Positions 13,673-45,330 of a stretch of DNA of 64,000 bases are shown piece by piece; positions within the stretch are counted from its first letter, which is position 1, and each line of letters starts with the position of its first letter. Origin of the DNA: Amoebidium appalachense (taxonomy: Eukaryota; Protista; Ichthyosporea); NCBI GenBank assembly GCA_963693365.1, contig CAVNZM010000009.1:9033408-9097407 (forward strand), given 5' to 3'. Made by a program: the position numbers and the translations under genes. The notes below the pieces were generated by a model. That model saw only the letters and a list, made by a program, of their open reading frames with translations. It searched no databases and was not told where the DNA came from.

Positions 13673-14304
13673 TCCCTCCTGGGAACAGCTGCCGACTTCC
13701 ACTATCAGATATAATGCACCGATCGTAACCTAGATAGGGTGCTAACGTGGCCCTATCAGCTAAGAAGGCACACTTTTACCAATCCTAACTACTAGTACAC
13801 ATGTAATTAGCTTGAACTTTGTGCCCTGTTCCAGAGTGTATACAGGCGGGATGATTTGTGGGTAGAGCATATGCAGAACTGCATTCAATTTGGGATGAAT
13901 GTTCACTTTATAACATTCAATTTTGTAGTTCACACCTTTACTGGAGTCTGCTTTCGTATAATATACACCATGACTGATGGGTCCCCATTGAGGGGATTTT
14001 TGAACTACATAGTACGTTGACATCCAAGTCCGACATGCAATTTGTCGCATGTGAGCTGGAACAAATATTCCGATATTCGTCAACGCTAGACACGGATTTC
14101 ATATATAGTATCGGGGTGAATTCCCAGCTAGTTTAAACTTAGGTACCAACCATGCATGTGCACATAGTTTATCTGTATAACCAATGTTCTATTTGTTTTG
14201 TAACAGATAAGATTTAGAGCCGGTATAGCGACGGTGTCCTGCATGTAGACCATATATGTAAAGTGGGCATAGCGAGCCACACCGCCGCACCGAGCTTCTC
14301 GGCT

Positions 14305-14967
14305 TTAAGCGGCCAAAAGAACCTCCGGGAGGAGCACGTCTGGCACAATGCACTGAGTCACGGGAGTGGACCCGTGCGTGCTGTTGGGCCCGCATGCGCC
14401 GGGGAACTCGTTTGTGTCGAACCACGTGACCGCCAGCTTGTAGCCAGTCACCGTGCGGTTGCTGTCGTGCGGCACATACAGGCCCTCCATGTACGCCCCC
14501 ACACGGTTTCCGTCTCGGTCGTCCGAGTATGTCTGCGTGCCGTTGGGCAGCTGGTGCGAAATGAAGACGTCGCGGGCGTCAAGGCACTCGCCGTGCGTGT
14601 GGTTGCCGTTGACGAAGCCCAGCCACGTGACGGCGTTGCTGCAGAACGGGTTGTTGCCGGCCACGGGGGAGGCAAAGGCCACGGGGTCAAAGACATAGCT
14701 GACCGTGACGTCAGTGTGGTGGGGGGTGTTGACGGTGGCGTAGGCGACAGAGTCGTTGCCCGGTAGCACGCGCAGGGTCTCTGTAGCTTTTGTGACGGGG
14801 TTCAGCACAGACACGTCGATGTAGCGCAGCGTGTAGCCCTGGCTCAGCGTGCAGTCGGCAATGTCTCGGCCATTGTACGTCTGCACGGGAAGGCCGGCAA
14901 CCAGCTCGAGGCAGGCGGCTTGGGCCATCAGGGCGACAGCGAGAGAGGTGATGCTGTGTGCGGCCAT
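14305..14967 (-). CDS. Hypothetical secreted glycoprotein, family copy 3 (220 aa, 6-aa C-terminal extension)
   Basis: Clean ORF paralogous to copies 1 and 2; the TAG stop of the other copies is GAG here, adding EVLLAA. Confidence 0.85.
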   Translation of the reverse strand: MAAHSITSLAVALMAQAACLELVAGLPVQTYNGRDIADCTLSQGYTLRYIDVSVLNPVTKATETLRVLPGNDSVAYATVNTPHHTDVTVSYVFDPVAFASPVAGNNPFCSNAVTWLGFVNGNHTHGECLDARDVFISHQLPNGTQTYSDDRDGNRVGAYMEGLYVPHDSNRTVTGYKLAVTWFDTNEFPGACGPNSTHGSTPVTQCIVPDVLLPEVLLAA

Positions 14968-15521
14968 GTTGGTGTTAGTTGTTGATGTTCGGTGGAGTTT
15001 TTTGTTTCGTTGCTTTCGAGGTGTTGTTTTGGCGTTGTGAACTTGTGTCCTGTTGTGTTGCTAGTCCGTGCAAATATATAGGCGCGATGGCTCATGCGTA
15101 AACCAATCGTTACGCGGTGTGTGTTAATCGACAATGATTGGAGCCCTGGAAATTGTGGAATGCGATCATGATCATAAACTGATCTGGACAACATTCATGA
15201 ACTGTAGTCGAAGCCATCACCTGTATTCCATACCACATAACGGTCCGCATTGAAGAAAATATGAAAAAATTGAAAAAGAAAAAGAAAAAAAGCTTTTTCT
15301 TCAAGACTTCTAAGATTGTCTAGGCTCAGCAATGAAAACATCTTGAGCCATGGGGTATTCCCAGGGCTTGAAAATTTAAATGGTCATCTTGGACACTTCG
15401 AGAAGTAAGCCCAAACACGATTGGCCGAGGGAAAATCCCAAATTTTTGCGCACTTTGACACTCATTACATATTCCTAGGTTTTGATTGGCTTACTTGTGA
15501 GCCACCGCAGCGAGTATGTAA

Positions 15522-16884
<1,363 letters not shown>

Positions 16885-17213
16885 AGCTGAAACTGAGTGT
16901 CCCAGGGGAGCCCGGAAAAAAAAAAAAAAAAAAACGAAAAAAAAAACGATTGGTTTTCTTAGTCTTTATGGTGCCTCGTAGAGAAAGTAAACCCTGATAT
17001 ATAATCATCACCCGACATCTATGTACTTGATCATGATATACCGCTGAGGGGATATTCCGAGCAAAAACCCCCCCATACCTGAGACTGGTCTCTCTTTGCC
17101 TCGAGTAAACAGCGTAAACCCCATACATATGTCGTCATTCCACAGTGACAAAAGCCAAAAAGTTACAAAAAGAGACACACAAGCGCAAAGCAACCAAGAA
17201 AACCAAAACCAAC

Positions 17214-17679
17214 ATGGCCGCGAACAGCATCACCTCTCTCGTGCTACCGGGCAACGACTCTGTCGCCTACGCCACCGTCAACGCCCCCCACCACACTGAC
17301 GTCACGGTCAGCTATGTCTGTGGCCTTTGCCTCCCCCGTGGCCGGCAACAACCCGTTCTGCAGCTACGCCGTCACGTGGCTGGGCTTCGTCAACGGCAAC
17401 CACATGCACGGCGAGTGCCTTGACGCCCGCGACGTCTTCATTTCGCACCAGCTGCCCAACGGCAAGCAGACATACTCGGCCAACTGAGACGGAGACTGCA
17501 TGGGGGCGTACATGGAGGGCCTGTATGTGCCGCACGATAGCAACCGCACGGTGACGGGCTACAAGCTGGCGGTCACGTGGTTCGACACAAACGAGTAGCC
17601 CGGCGCGTGCGGGCCCAACAGCACGCACGGGTCCACTCCCATGACTCAGTGCATTGTGCCAGATGTGCTCCTTCCGTAG
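17214..17679 (+). pseudogene. Secreted glycoprotein family copy 4, pseudogene
   Basis: Relative to copy 2: in-frame 171-bp deletion removing most of the signal peptide (..TSL|VLPGND..), an 8-bp frameshifting deletion at ~17319, and premature TGA (~17485) and TAG (~17596). Confidence 0.85.
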
Positions 17680-18380
17680 GTGGATTTGATTGCCTAAAGC
17701 TGGGTAGCCCGGGGCAGTGATGTTGCATGCTGAATGCATCGTTTTTTTTAATAACTTTATATGCACATGCATGCATACGATCATGCTGCAGCTGGACGCC
17801 AGTATCCGATTCGGGTATTTCCCATACAACTTTAACTACATATGTGCACATGCATCTGCTGCCTATTAAGATAGCCCGGGCTTCAGCACGATAGCGCAAT
17901 TAACTCGTGTTTAGCGTCGTGAATATTGACATACATGTTTGTTTTACCAACGGCGACGGCGGGCAAGGTGCGCACGTGTTACTCCGGATGTGAAATAAGT
18001 ACTAATATTAGTTCTGAAATTCCATTCTCACCGGGGGCCCATGGCACGGATCTATGAAAGGAGACGCCAACCAATAAAGGTGTTTGCTACATGTACAAAG
18101 GTGAACTCCAATAAAGCATTGACGTGTTCTGAAACGAATGTGCATCCCACAGGTTTTCTACTTGCTCTTCCCACAAACCATCCCGCGGACTAAGTTTCAA
18201 ATTGGGCAAATTACCCCAGAAAAGTTGCATTACGTATTGTAGTATTTGGGATTGGAAAGATGGACTAGCTATATTAATGGACAGGCTACCTTTAGCACCT
18301 CTCTAGATCTAGGGTACAAAATCGGTGCTCAGTGGAAGACGTTAGTTGCCATGAGGGACCCATAGGGAATAAGCAGCCCG

Positions 18381-18430
<50 letters not shown>

Positions 18431-18502
18431 ACACACACACACACACACCACCACCCCACCCCCACCCCCCCCTTCCCCGGGGCCCCGGGGGCCGTTTTAA
18501 TA

Positions 18503-18548
<46 letters not shown>

Positions 18549-18625
18549 CCCTGAAGTTGATCATGACTCATAGCGTGGCCTGTCCGGTCGAGATTGGTAT
18601 CCAGTTTCCTCCTGTTTTCTCTTCT

Positions 18626-18668
<43 letters not shown>

Positions 18669-18759
18669 ACGGACCTCTCTCTCTCGAGCTCCCCTCACCT
18701 CCTTCCCTAAGGCCCCCGCCCTCCCTCCCCCACTCCTTCCCTCCTCCTCCTCCCCCCCT

Positions 18760-18849
<90 letters not shown>

Positions 18850-18907
18850 CCCCTCTCCCCCTCTCTCCCTCTCCCTCAGTCTCTCCCTCTCACCCTCTCA
18901 CCCTCTC

Positions 18908-18950
<43 letters not shown>

Positions 18951-19051
18951 GCTCTCTTTCTGTCTATCATTCTCTCTCTCCCCCCTCCCCCCCTCTCTCT
19001 CTCCCTCTCTCTCTCTCTCTCTGTGTGTGTTACATTATGTGTGTGTGTCTG

Positions 19052-19091
<40 letters not shown>

Positions 19092-20155
19092 ACTCACACT
19101 CTCTTTTTCTCTCTCTCCCCGCTCGCGCGCTTTCTCCCTCTATATATACGTTAATTTTTCTCTAGCTCTCTCTCCACTCTCTGCTTCTCACTCTCTCTTC
19201 TCTGTCTCCCCCCCCCCCCCCCCCCTCTCTCACTCCCCCCTCCCCCCCCCCCTCCCTTTCTGCTCACTCTCCCTCTCTTCCCCCCTAACTCTCTCTCTCC
19301 GGCCACCAACCTCCTCCTGAATTCCTCCCTCTCTCTTCCTCCCCCCCCTCTCTCTGTCTCTCTAGATCTGCTCCTCTCTCCTTCCCTTTCTCTCAGATAA
19401 TAGATCTTTCTCTCTCTATCTCTCTGTCTATCTCTCTGTCTAGATCTGAGGCTCTCTTTCTCTCGGTAACACACATTCTCTCTTTCTCCCCCCCTCCCCC
19501 CCCCCTCGCGCACACGCGCCCGCCGGACCTCTACCCTGTCTCTCCCTCCCTATCTCTGTCTCTCTCCCTTTCTCACACACAAGGTTGAATTCGGAGGTCT
19601 CAGGCTAGAGTTTTCTTATTAGCACCAAAGTTGCTTGTAGCACGCCCGTATCTCTAAAAACTTACAGAATAGAAGCTGCATGCGCATCTCAGCAATCAAA
19701 ATGAAAAAATACTTCGTATAAATCAACGATACAGATTTTCAAATGAATCAGAAGTAGCCGGTTGTAACAAAGTACTCTGGCAACACGCTGAGCCTTCAAA
19801 AGCAAAAAAGAAGTATGATTTTTACAAGGTAAGAAAAAGGCTCTAAAAATACACAAGTATTCGATTGTAGCTTCCAAAAATTGATTACACACATTTAACC
19901 CACTTCTACAACAAGCGTGCAATCCATGTCGCCAACATGAACCACCCATCTACTTACATCACCATCACAATTTACGCTAGAACATGTACAACCAGAATTC
20001 ATGTGACATAAATTTTCTGAACATATTTCTTCCATATTTGGCATGTTGGCCACTCATAATGGGCTCAATAGTGAAGGCCCAGTGTCTTGCTCGGGCAAGC
20101 CTTACGTCCCCCTTTAGAGTCTCAAAATGGTGGGCATATTGGTGCGTGAGGGTTC

Positions 20156-21137
20156 TTAGGAAGACGACGGCATTGTTTCTTCATTTAGGGGTGGTATGAC
20201 GGGGGAGCTTATAAGGTCATAGCCATAATTGGTTGGGTTAAAGTAGGTGGGTGGCAGAGGCCCCCGTGGTTCGTCCTGCTGTGCCCATTGGTCCAGCACA
20301 AACCGGTCATGTGCGTCTATGCCCTCCAGATGTGTTGCATAGCAACCAACATACCGCACGTGCGTCCGAAACCGACGCTCTGAATTACATAACCTAGTGT
20401 TGGCATAAACATGGAATGGGTGTGTTGTAGTCTTTTTAGGCCGGGCCAGAAACACACCAATGCACGTGATTTTGCGCGCCTTGTACTCCGTCAGGTAATC
20501 CTTTTCCCTGTAGAAATTAATCATTCTAAGCTTCTTTGACAGTGGCAATTTGGCGGCTCTCACAGCTTCATCCACCGCACATGCCGCCTCCACTTCAGTC
20601 AAAAAGAGACCTATGTGGTGTGATTTTCCGATTTCATCCGTAAACTCTGCTAACCACTCCCTTCCGGATTCACCAGCGCTGTTAACGTTGTTCCTATAAA
20701 CACCCCGAAACACGGATGCCTGTTCTTCTCTTTCCACCCTTTCTCTCCACCACTTCACCACTCTCTCCGTCTCCTCCGCCGTGGGCTCAAACGGCTCCAA
20801 CACGCCCCTGTCGACGTTGGTTCTTTCCAGGTATTTCTCATCCAGCACTTTGCATTGCACGAGGTAGCGAATTGCAACATCACTGTGTCGTGCAGCAGAA
20901 ACCTCGCTGTCAAAACAGCCAACTGTAAAATCAATGACTCCAATATTAGCCGTCCATTGCCGTAAATGGTTGTGCCATCTCACGCACGAATATATGGGCC
21001 GGTGGCCTGGGGTTTGACTGGCCAGGTACCTGATGGGCTGCAGCTGCCGTGTGGCCAGTGGACTTGCGGCAGCCACAGTGTTGGCCTGCAGGCAGACAGT
21101 CAGCATCCCATGCAGGGTGTGTGTCTGTGTGTGTGCA

Positions 21138-21191
<54 letters not shown>

Positions 21192-21196
21192 CGTGC

Positions 21197-21254
<58 letters not shown>

Positions 21255-23252
21255 AGGGGCCCCGGCGGCGGCGGCGGGGGGACGGAGGGGGGGGGGGGGG
21301 GGGGCTGCTTTCAAAAACCTCTGAGGTGAGTACACTTGGAATGGTACATGTGATGTTGGTGGTATGTGTGAGCTGAGACTGGCCAACCTTCCTCGTGCTC
21401 CTATTCCGCCAGATTGCAGCTGCCTCTCCGTCCTTTTTCATTTACCCCCCCCCCCCTCCCCCCCCCCCCCCCCCCCCCCAAAATTCCTCTTTCTTCACTG
21501 CTTGTTCATGGCAAGGCACAGATGTCTGCACATGTATGGGGACTTCAAAAGAGTGCAACCATGCTGCATGCATATCTACCTCAATAAGGCCTAAATGATG
21601 GAACTAGTTTCGACTCGCCAGCATCAGCCAAGCTGAACACTAAAGCAAGCAAGGTGTGCATGGTACAGGTTGGGTTGGTACCGGTGGTGGGATTTTTTTT
21701 TTTTTTTTTTTTTTGGGGGGGGGGGGGGAAGGGGGGGGGGGGGGGGGGAGGGGGGCGAAGAGGAGGGGGGGGAAGGGGGGGGGGGGGGGGGGGGGGGATG
21801 GGATGAATGCAGTACAAGGTTGAGAGTACGGTGGAGGAGACACCAACCGACAAGATACAAAACGTCACGCAAATACAAAACCCCGAAATGGAAAAAAAAA
21901 AAAAAAAAAAAAAACGTGAAGGCAGAAGACACATGAACAGAGCCCATCATCAGGGGGGTTCGTGATGATGGTGGTGATAGTGGTGTTAGTGGTGTGTTTG
22001 GAGGCCGGGGGGGGGGGGGGGGGGGGGGGGCATTTGCCAGCCCTACCTTGACCAGGGGGCTGGAGCTTCGGTCGACACAAGTAGAGACGGATAATGATTG
22101 GATAATAGGGGCAGATGCTCGCAAACAATTGGCCAGGCGATCTGGATGAAAGATTGTGAGGGAGCATAGCCGAGGCAGAACCAACGTGTGAACGATTTTA
22201 TTTCCCTTTTTCTTTTCCTATTTCCCTCCAAAGCTTGTTGTTTTTTTTTTTTCTTTTTCATTCTTTTCTTTTGATATATATTTTTTTTCTGGCGGGAGGT
22301 GGGGGAAGGGTGGGAGGAGGGGGGGGGGGGGGGGGGGGGGGGGACGGGGTGTAACTGTGTAAAGCGTGCCTGTTTGTGGTCTTTTCTGCCTACAGGCTAA
22401 CCTCTACTGTGGATCTGGATGTTCGTGCATAAACCGTAACGGTTATGTATCAGTCTGAAATCTCTTTTTGTAGGTGCCGCAAAAAGAAGCTGACTCTTCT
22501 GGGTGTGTAGAAGTTGATGTGTGCGAGTCCGCGAGTGTGCAAGTACGTGCGTGAATGCATCAGTGCATACCTATCCACACACGTTTTTGTGTATGTGTGA
22601 GTTCATCAGTGAGTGTGGAGCATTAGTGTACATGCTGGGAAAGCACACCTGGTTGTGTGCTCAAGGAGTGCATGTGGCGCTGTGTGGGTGTGGCCACGGC
22701 AGCACGGTCCACTGGGCGCCTAAAAATAGCTCCAACAGCCACACGGGTGTGTGCATGGGTGAAAGACCCACCGAAGAAACAGGCCTGCAACAGAGAGACG
22801 TGAAACAGAGTTGCTTACAAGTTTAATGTGGTCGACATGTTATCATGTATCTGTGTGTGAGCGTGTGTGGAACGGCGAGTGGTTCCCGGGTGGGGGGGAG
22901 AGGGGGGGGGAGGGGGGGGGGGAGGTGTGTGTTTGGGGGGGGGGGGGGGAGGGGGGGGAGGACACCGCTTGAGAGCGAGAAAAAGGATGGGGAAGGTGAG
23001 GGGAGGGGGGGGGGGGGAGGGGGGGGGGGGGGGGGAGGGGCAGGCGAAAAGAACAAGGAAACCGTCAGCAATAGCAGAGTGCCAAGACATAGCCCAAAAA
23101 ATGTGTTAAAACATGGGGTCGCGTGTGCGCATGTGTGTGTACGTGTTTGCGACAAAACACACCATTCAATGTGTATAGTGAGAGTTTTTCTCCAGTTCCC
23201 GTTATTCTCTTAACCTGACGAGTTGTGGGATGCAAGAATGTAAGTAAGATAT

Positions 23253-23283
<31 letters not shown>

Positions 23284-23388
23284 GGGTCGGTATTCACTTA
23301 CCGTTGCTGCCGGGGGCATTGTCTTGTTCAGACGGGAAGGCAGCCCTCGGCGGAGCCACATACCAGCTTGTGCCCACCATCCAACCAT
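20156..23388 (-). CDS. Protein with three AP2/ERF-like domains and a long presequence-like N-terminus (~415 aa, 4 coding exons)
   Basis: Phase-consistent GT-AG exons 23388-23302, 22784-22649, 22141-22047, 21085-20156. AP2-like units: [29 protein letters not shown]; [33 protein letters not shown]; [23 protein letters not shown]. Confidence 0.75.
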
Positions 23389-23413
23389 GGTGCCTGTGTG
23401 TGTGTGTGTGTGT

Positions 23414-23474
<61 letters not shown>

Positions 23475-23592
23475 CGCGCGTGTGCGTGTGCGTGTGTTTG
23501 TGTGCGTGTGTGTGTGCGTGTGTGTGAGGGCGCGCGCGAGAGTGCGTGGGGTATGCGTGTGTGCACGTGTGCATGTGCGCGCATTCGGGTGT

Positions 23593-23656
<64 letters not shown>

Positions 23657-23823
23657 ACGTGGTCACGTGTCATGAGCTTGCGTCCTTGAGTGTGTGTGTG
23701 GGTTGGTGGGTCGGTGGTAGGGAGGAGGGATGGTGTGTCACGATGGTTAGGAACTTATGGGTGGGGAAAGGTCTCATGAGCCTTGGGCTATGGTGAGGGA
23801 TATCGAGGTGGTGAAGGTTCAAA

Positions 23824-23964
<141 letters not shown>

Positions 23965-23974
23965 ACGTGTGTGT

Positions 23975-24034
<60 letters not shown>

Positions 24035-24267
24035 CATATATCATATATAAGAGAAATTTCAAGAGTAAACAGATATGAAGTAATTAAAACACAATAAAAA
24101 ATATTGTGCACAAAACCTTTTTTCTTAGTTTGTTTAGAGTTCAAACAGAAGGTGGTATACATTTGGATTGAACTGAACCGGGCCCTGCGTGTGCGTGTGC
24201 GTGTGCGTGTGCGTGTGCGTGTGCGTGTGCGTGCATGCGTGTGCGTGCGTGCGTGTGCGTGTGCGTT

Positions 24268-24301
<34 letters not shown>

Positions 24302-24604
24302 GGGGGGGGGGGTGCCGGGGGCCGGGGGAGGGGGGGGAGGGGGGGGGGGGGGGGGGTTATACATGATCTTGAAGGGGTGCTCACCTTTTTTAGACTACGT
24401 GTGTGCTAATTAGTGTGTGCTTAGATTCTCGAAACAATGGGCATACATGTCACATGCCTCTCCAAACAACTTGGGCCAGCAGCTTACGAATAAAAAAAAT
24501 GTCGTGAAAGGGCACTTTCATTTGGGTTTATGTACACACTTTTTTTTGCGTGGACACTGCCGAGGGCCCAGCCACATGTGCACTCGACGGCCTACTGCGT
24601 TTTC

Positions 24605-24720
24605 CAGCGCAGCCAATCAAATGCAGCTAGTCACTTTGATTCTCGGCCGTGCGCGTAAATGATGGCTCACCAATCGGAATCGAATGATTACGTCATGACT
24701 GCTTTCTGATTGGCTTACTC
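24605..24720. promoter_or_regulatory. Candidate bidirectional promoter between the AP2 gene and ClpX
   Basis: Microsatellite-free island with CCAAT boxes in both orientations (AGCCAATC ~24611, ACCAATC ~24669, GATTGGCT ~24708) and a CRE/ATF-like TTACGTCA at ~24688. Confidence 0.5.
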
Positions 24721-24842
24721 AAAACTACTAATTCGGCAGCCGCGAAAAACAGAACGCACAGAATTGTCTACGTTTGTTTGGAGTAAAGGCTTGTTTTTCG
24801 TTTTTGCTTTTTCTCCCTGAAAGGGGCCTATCATAGTTTACC

Positions 24843-40484
<15,642 letters not shown>

Positions 40485-41222
40485 TATTATTTTTATTTTT
40501 CTGATTTTTTATTTATTTCTCGGGGGGGGGGTCGGGGGGGGGGGTCCTTGCTGATTTTGATTAATGCTATTGCTCTTCTATTGGTCAGTGTTTGCAGTTT
40601 TGAAAGATGATTGGCTGAAAGACCGTAGGTGGCGGAATCGGTATGTGTTTGACATATAGCACGTTTATGGACGTGTACTGTGGGCATGTATGATTGTTGT
40701 ATGTGGTGTATCTCTGGTTCAGTTGGGATTTACGATCAGGACTAATGATGTACCTGATATATCATGCTGAAGGGCTAGCTGTACACCCCAAGAGAAAGGC
40801 ATGCACACGGACACACAAAGAGAAGAAGACACACACATGCACCACACACACACACACATACACATAAAATAAAATAAAAAGCGCACGTGTGCACCCGCAC
40901 GGAGATACACATGCACGCACATGCTGGCCTTTATTGTAAGTTTTCATTACCATACCCGCGCGCACTCCTTATCAGCCAAGGATATGCACTCCACTGTGAA
41001 AAGTAATAAATGTTTTCAATACATACACAAGGTTTATCATAAGCCTACGACACGACGTACGGCTATCCTGGAGCAGCTCTTCATGCATGTGTAGTATTCT
41101 CCCTCTGTGTGAGACTTTCTGTAGTCTCGTTCGTTGTAAGCACTTCTCCACATGGCTTGGTGTCCCCCCTCCCCTCCGCCCCCCCTCCCCCCCCCCCCCA
41201 CCCTCCCCATGGCGCACGCGCA

Positions 41223-41335
<113 letters not shown>

Positions 41336-42302
41336 CGCCCCTGCAAACCTCAGCCCTTCCGGATCCACATGCCCACCTCCACCACGACACACACACACTG
41401 CGCACAAACCCACAGACGTTCATACCCCCCCGTTGGAGACGCGCGCACTTTCTGTGCCCCGCCGAGTCGGAGACGGCACTACTTGTTACTAGTAAACATT
41501 ACGCTACCAGCATCCCATGGCCCTGTTCCCAATGACACCCAGACCTATTCATGCCTGATACTGTTGTCCTATTCAGGGTTAAACGAGCCATACACGTGCA
41601 CACTTACACGTGTGTGTGAATCAATTGCAACGTGGGCGAAACACAGCTTGTGGTTGGCAGACTACGAAAAGTGCGCGCAAACACATGATTGGCTCCTGGA
41701 CCTTGATTATGTCATTGCGAGATCTATGTGCAACAGCTACAATTTTACTTGAAGTAGAACACAGATAACTATTTTGCATTGCTATGTGTTTGTTTATGCA
41801 TCCATACATGTACTACAGAAAAAAGAAAATCAAGTATGCGGTTTTACCATTTTTCCACCTTCGCATGGCGTGTTTGTGCACAGTTCAGTGATCACCGAAT
41901 AAGATTATGTGCATGTGCAGCCAATCGTATCAAGGGAGGCGGCAGACACCAATCACAATTGTGATTTTGGGACAAATAACTTGTGATTCCATAACAAAAT
42001 GATATTCCTGTTAAAACAATGTTTAAAACACATTAATTAATGCTTCTACATACGCCAAGTAAATAGCACACCTGTAGAAGGCCTTGTTCTACGCACATCA
42101 CAACTGTTTTTATAATTTTTTTTAACATTTTAAATCATAACATATTTTTGATTTCGCCGCCCTGGCTAGATATCCTCACACAGTCATGTTTACGCTCAAG
42201 TCTTTCCCACTTTCTTCTATGAAGCCAAATCACTCCTGCTCTTGAAGTTCACTCACCCCTACTCATAAGGCAGTAGCATTAGTAGGCTTCAAGAAAGCAA
42301 GA

Positions 42303-44254
42303 ATGAAGCTCACAAGTGCCCTTATTCTTCTCTGTGCTTCCTTTTCTGTCGCCGCTAACCCTTTGCTCCCGGCAAAGGAGTCAACGGAGAATCTTCCAGC
42401 CACCCATCTGACTGCAGGTGTGTCCATCTGCCTCTGAACCCCCCCCCCCCCCCCCCCCCCCCGCCCCCCACCACCACCACCACCACCACCACAATCACCA
42501 CCACCACCACCACCACCACCACCCCCTCCTCCTCCTCCTCCTCCTCCTTTCCCCCCCACTCCCCCCCTTCCGATTCTCCCTCTCTCCTTTGTGTTCTTCC
42601 TTGCGCGCTACCCTTTCCCACCGCACGTCTTCCCCTTTACTCACCACACGTCTGCCCCTTTACTGCCCGTTCCTCTCTCCACTTATCCTTATTGCAAACC
42701 AGATGAAAGTATTCACTCTTTTGAAGACACCTGTTTTCTACCTAACGCCATAATTCGATGTGTTTTCAGGCACAGCTTTCCTTAACCTCGCCCATTCAGT
42801 AAGATATTTCTGTCCGAGCAAGACAAATTGTTCGTTTCCGCACACTTGCGTGTACCCATTCACCCTTCCCCTTGCTGCTAAGTGTTTTCCTTTATGAAGT
42901 TATGAAGTACCACGTGGATTCTTGGAGCCTTTTGGTGCTGTGTTCGGTGTGTATTTGTCATATACATTTACATTGCCCTTGCAAGTTGTTTGCACAGGGT
43001 TCAAAGGAGGCACACATTGTGCACCCGGCTAAATTATGAGCTTTGGTAAGAAAACGTATGTAAGAAGGCAAACTATCTCCCCGCTTGGAATGCTAACTTA
43101 AAATGTCCCAACAGCCAACGATGACTTTGAATCAGACATCCGGGCTTTTACAAGCATCGAGGAAAACCCCTCCTCTATTACTGTTAGCCACATCAAGAAA
43201 GCCAGGAAGTCTGTTTACGCCTGCCTGTACAAACTGACAGACCCGGATATCTTTGATGCTCTTATGCAGGTAAACATACATCCTTCTTATACACACGGGT
43301 TCAGACGTGATCACACACGCGCTCGCAACACAAAGTTGCACATGCACACGGGGCCCACAAGTTGCACATTGCTACCCACACACATCAATGAGAAACGCGC
43401 ACGAATACATGCAAAAATGGACTCCGAAGCGATCTGTAATGGATGGTTGGCAATGTGCACACGTAAGAGAAGTCGTTTATGGATACATCACTCCTATAAG
43501 AACTGCACTTCCTCATGAATTAATCAACGTAGTCCGCACTGCACCTATGCTCCTGTTGAGTAATACCCATATGAGCAGACAGAGAGTGTGGGCAAAGGGA
43601 AGGTGACTGGGAGGGAAGAAAGAGAGAGACAGAGGAAGTACGGCGTAGGGATCGCAATCATGTTTTTGTTTTGTACTTTCTTGAATAACCAGGCTTTTGA
43701 CCACACGCACAGGCGCTGAGCGAAGGTGTGGAGGTGAAGATTGTTGCCGACTTCCACAAGAACCACAAGAAGTCGGGCATGGTTGCCCGTCTGGCTGACA
43801 AGGGTGCGTACACACACATGCACACGTACACACACAAACACACTCAACACACATGTACACCTGCACATGCATACACACGCGCGCACACACACACACACAC
43901 GTGTATCAAGTGCTCCCGCACTCGCATTCCACACAGCAGACTGCACACATCGGCATTCACCACACTGGACGACCCTCAGCTATACCGTACCCATCTCAAC
44001 CCCTCCCTCCCTCTCTTGACCCCCCTCCCGTACCCTCTTAATTAAAAATGAGCGTGTGCATCATGAGCTCCGACGCGGGAAACACAAAAGCACATGGACA
44101 CACACACTAACACACGTTGGTGACCCTAACAACAGTTACCGCCTTCCCTCACCTCCCCCCCCCCCTCCCCCCCCCCTCCCCACCACCACCACCACCACCA
44201 CCACCCCCACCCCTACCCTCCCCCTCCCCCTTCCCCTTCCCCTCCCCCCCTCCC

Positions 44255-44285
<31 letters not shown>

Positions 44286-44409
44286 AAAAAGAAAGAAACC
44301 AACCATCACCACCAACCAGCCAGCAGGCACAAGCAACCTCTCGTTCTTTTGGAATATTGGATTCTTTACAATAGATTGCGCTGGTGCATGCTAGAGCCAT
44401 TTTTGAGCC

Positions 44410-44445
<36 letters not shown>

Positions 44446-44630
44446 TGTATGCTGAGTACACAAGGTTTTTTTAGGTGCGGATGTGCGCCTGTACGGCACA
44501 GCCAACAGCAAAGACAAGCTGCATGCTAAATTTAGCATCTATGACGGCACGATGGCTACCGCCGGCTCAAACAACTGGACAAAATCCTCAAGGTGTGTCT
44601 ATAATGCTAACAACTCCCTCACTCCCCCAA

Positions 44631-44685
<55 letters not shown>

Positions 44686-44823
44686 TTCTCTCTCTGTCTT
44701 TCCCCCCACTCCCCCCCCGATATCGTAAGTTTGCATGTTCAGATTATTTTGGGGCACTTTTCTTTGTGGTTTTTCGGTGGTTTTTGCTTCTATAGTTTCC
44801 CTCCCCCTAATGGAAATGCGAAC

Positions 44824-44858
<35 letters not shown>

Positions 44859-45046
44859 CCGCCGCCGCCGCCGCCGCGCGAGGAGCCCTTTTTTTTTTTT
44901 TTTTTTTTTTTCCCATCCCGTCTAGGCATGGGAGCCTTGCTGATCATCGGCTTATGTCCCAAGTGTCTCCTGCCTGTACATGCTTTGTTTGTGTACCGTG
45001 TTCTGGAACCTTCCTCTTTATTTTCGTCTCACACGCCACTCCCCAG

Positions 45047-45100
<54 letters not shown>

Positions 45101-45287
45101 ACCTGTTCGCATGTCTATGGTGCGAGCTACTACTACACACACACAAAAAAAAATGTGTGTTTGAAGGGCTTCGAAGGGGGGGGGGGGGGGGGGGGGGGGA
45201 GGGGGGAGGTTCACACCATCCCAAAAAAAAAACGATACATGCGCACCACACACACACAAGATACGCACACACACACGAACGCGGTGT

Positions 45288-45330
<43 letters not shown>

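Noticed and set aside
13760-14083. 107-aa ORF and similar non-repetitive short ORFs (11272-11523, 47883-48262, 50274-50507)
   Set aside because: No recognisable motif or consistent splice chain; may be decayed gene or TE fragments.
15421-15521. N-terminal part of the 241-aa RT ORF
   Set aside because: This is promoter sequence homologous to ~7858-7960; the RT similarity starts only after the insertion junction.
42703-42785. Extra PLD exon after CCAG at 42702
   Set aside because: Runs into a stop; the gene is in phase without it. A 6-nt microexon (ATGAAA) is possible but unsupported.
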